From sequence record NC_070874.1: a DNA stretch of 64,000 bases, one strand, 5' to 3'. The position numbers and the translations under genes were made by a program. This document shows, in pieces, positions 62,439 to 64,000 of this stretch; position 1 is the first letter of the stretch; every line of letters starts with the position of its first letter. A model generated the notes under the pieces. It was given only the letters and a program-made list of their open reading frames with translations. It had not been told where the DNA came from and ran no database searches. Source of the stretch: Escherichia phage vB_EcoP-ZQ2.

Positions 62439-63532
62439 AGAGAACTCTTGCCCCAGTACCTGAGACAGGATGAAGCCCAGCAAGTCACTCTTAGCAATGT
62501 CAGATAGAATCTGATTGTACTGACGACGCAGGTCATTACCGTAGTTAGGATGACATCTAAAACCATTAGTTAAACGAGTCGTTAGCTCGCCCTTACCTTC
62601 CATGATTAACATGGAAGCCATACGTAGCATCTGCTTCTTTACGAGCAAGCATTGCCTCCTCAAGTGTGTCATACGTACCCAGACCAATCTGTTTACGATT
62701 GACTGTGATGTGTGCCTGGAATCTACCAGAAGGCAATATTCTTACACCATTCACTTTGCTTGATGTATTACGTGATAAACCCATATTCATCTGGTTCTGT
62801 CTACTGGTTACATTTCTCAGATTAGACCAACGGTTGTCGTTTCTAATGTGATTGATGTGATCCACCTGGTTAGGTGTTTCCCCTGTTTCCATTATCCAGA
62901 TTATTCGATGCAGTAAGTACTCTTTACGACCCAGACTAACAGATAAATAGCCTTCTTTGTGAGGATACCCCACAATTGTTCCGGCTAATCCACTAGCAGA
63001 GTCGAAACGATGAGTTACTAGCCCACTTTCTCTGTCATACCTTAAAACCTTCTTCAAAGATTCTCGGGTAATGGTATCCAAGTCTTTTATCAGGTTCTTA
63101 CAGGTAGGGCATAGGTGGCCTATTGGACTCTTTTTAGCATCATAGAAGTTGCAAACAAACTCATTAGAGCATTGCTTACAACTACAGATAGCTGTGTACT
63201 TACCAGTTTTACGTAATATTTGGGAGTTATCTAACATATGGATTCCTTAGTAATTTTGCATACAATTTCAGATTGTATCCTAACCAAGGAAGTAAGTCTC
63301 CGGTTTTCACCGGAGTATCGGACTATATCATCACCCACTAATCAGTGGGGCAAGGCGCTTGGGTGGTCACTTGACTCACCTACTCTACTCACATACGAAA
63401 TGTTTTCGATAGTCTCTGAACCTTCCCTCATGGAGGGCTTGGCTGCTGATTGGCATATCCATAGGACTTAGCTTTCCAGCAATTCACCTTGTTTTCGACA
63501 CGGATTACTCCGTGAAGGATCATTTATGTTTA
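62439..63532 (-). mobile_element. group I intron with HNH homing endonuclease ORF, inserted in the RNA polymerase gene (boundaries approximate)
   Basis: on minus strand in order: P2-like GNRA hairpin (63499..63514), P element GAATTGCTGGAAAGC (63471..63486), Q CCAATCAGCAGCC (63441..63453), R GGTTCAGAGACTA (63407..63422), P8 hairpin (63334..63349), S GATATAGTCC (63320..63329), P9 hairpin (63298..63315), then HNH ORF. Confidence 0.7.
62593..63237 (-). CDS. intron-encoded HNH homing endonuclease with N-terminal CxxC zinc-finger-like motifs
   Basis: ...YLSVSLGRKEYLLHRIIWIMETGETPNQVDHINHIRNDNRWSNLRNVTSRQNQMN...; CSCKQC and CPTC at N-terminus. Confidence 0.75.
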   Translation of the reverse strand: MLDNSQILRKTGKYTAICSCKQCSNEFVCNFYDAKKSPIGHLCPTCKNLIKDLDTITRESLKKVLRYDRESGLVTHRFDSASGLAGTIVGYPHKEGYLSVSLGRKEYLLHRIIWIMETGETPNQVDHINHIRNDNRWSNLRNVTSRQNQMNMGLSRNTSSKVNGVRILPSGRFQAHITVNRKQIGLGTYDTLEEAMLARKEADATYGFHVNHGR

Positions 63533-64000
63533 ATCATGTACAGTCATTACAGGGAATGGTTTCTTAGGCAGAGTGTCAATCATATCTGCTACTACCTTAC
63601 GGTCTACCAATGCAATGGTATTCGGGTCAAGGTAGTCCAGAATAGACAGTGACAGGAACCCAGACTTCTCATAATGACTCCAAATTTCCATAGTCATTTC
63701 CTGGTTCCCTGCGATAGCAGGATAATTGCTTGGCCCGATATCACATAGTTCACGTACATAGGCAACCAGTTTAGGGTCGAAGTTACAACGACGCAGCATC
63801 TCACGTACCACCATCCCATCAATAGAGTGAGTGATGTTAGCAGAGAGCATACGGGTCTTTTCTTCAGTACCCTGAACCATACGAGTGATGTCAAATGGTT
63901 TACCTAAGAAGTTAACAGTCTGTACTTCAGGAACCATGACCTTAATGACAGCGTGGAAGTTGTCAGGAAGTACCCATACGTAACGGTTGGCATCCGGATT
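63530..64000 (-). CDS. T7-like single-subunit RNA polymerase (N4 RNAP II large subunit-like), 5' exon, truncated by window edge
   Basis: frame open to window end; ...YVWVLPDNFHAV... and ...ITHSIDGMVVRE... resemble T7 RNAP ...HWVTPDGFPVW... and HSQDGSHLR/HDSFG regions; in-frame stop at 63530 is at the proposed 5' splice region. Confidence 0.55.
   Translation of the reverse strand, partial: NPDANRYVWVLPDNFHAVIKVMVPEVQTVNFLGKPFDITRMVQGTEEKTRMLSANITHSIDGMVVREMLRRCNFDPKLVAYVRELCDIGPSNYPAIAGNQEMTMEIWSHYEKSGFLSLSILDYLDPNTIALVDRKVVADMIDTLPKKPFPVMTVHD

Noticed and set aside
62376-62687. 103-aa ORF listed as an independent gene
   Set aside because: It overlaps the HNH ORF by 95 nt in another frame; only its last 20 codons look like coding sequence (RNA polymerase C-terminus), so it is reinterpreted as 3' exon plus in-frame intron read-through
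36114-63471. Plus-strand ORFs inside the minus-strand early/middle module (e.g. 36114..36383, 37997..38398, 49229..49489, 51309..51662, 58417..58782)
   Set aside because: All lie antisense to well-supported minus-strand genes
1-64000. CRISPR array, integrase, repressor or other lysogeny or defence-island signatures
   Set aside because: No regularly spaced direct repeats and no recombinase-like ORF seen; the gene content is that of a virulent N4-like phage

Overview
This window reads as about 64 kb of an N4-like podophage genome (Schitoviridae-type architecture), based on ORF content, motifs and gene order; no database search was possible. The + strand (157..33460) carries the late/structural module: terminase large subunit, two tail fiber/tailspike genes, a lysis cassette (holin-like, GH108 signal-anchored endolysin, Rz with embedded Rz1), portal, scaffold-like protein, major capsid protein, internal virion proteins and a 3611-aa virion RNA polymerase. 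The - strand (33494..64000) carries the early/middle module: family A DNA polymerase, Dda-like helicase, primase-like protein, SSB-like protein, RuvC-like nuclease, PD-(D/E)xK nuclease, rIIA/rIIB-like proteins, ThyX-like protein, dCTP deaminase, Imm-like protein, MoxR-type AAA ATPase with a vWA/HExxH partner, an Ig-like putative decoration protein, and the 3' part of a T7-like RNA polymerase gene running off the window edge. The two modules converge on a bidirectional terminator at 33462..33495. The most interesting signal is that the RNA polymerase gene at the right edge appears to be split by a group I intron of about 1.1 kb carrying an HNH homing endonuclease; all four conserved core elements (P, Q, R, S) are visible in order on the - strand. 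Two further free-standing HNH genes sit in the replication module. A 1.46-kb non-coding region (34570..36030) holds one clean tRNA with an unusual A34 anticodon, two tRNA T-arm-like repeats that do not fold into cloverleaves, and many hairpins and palindromes.
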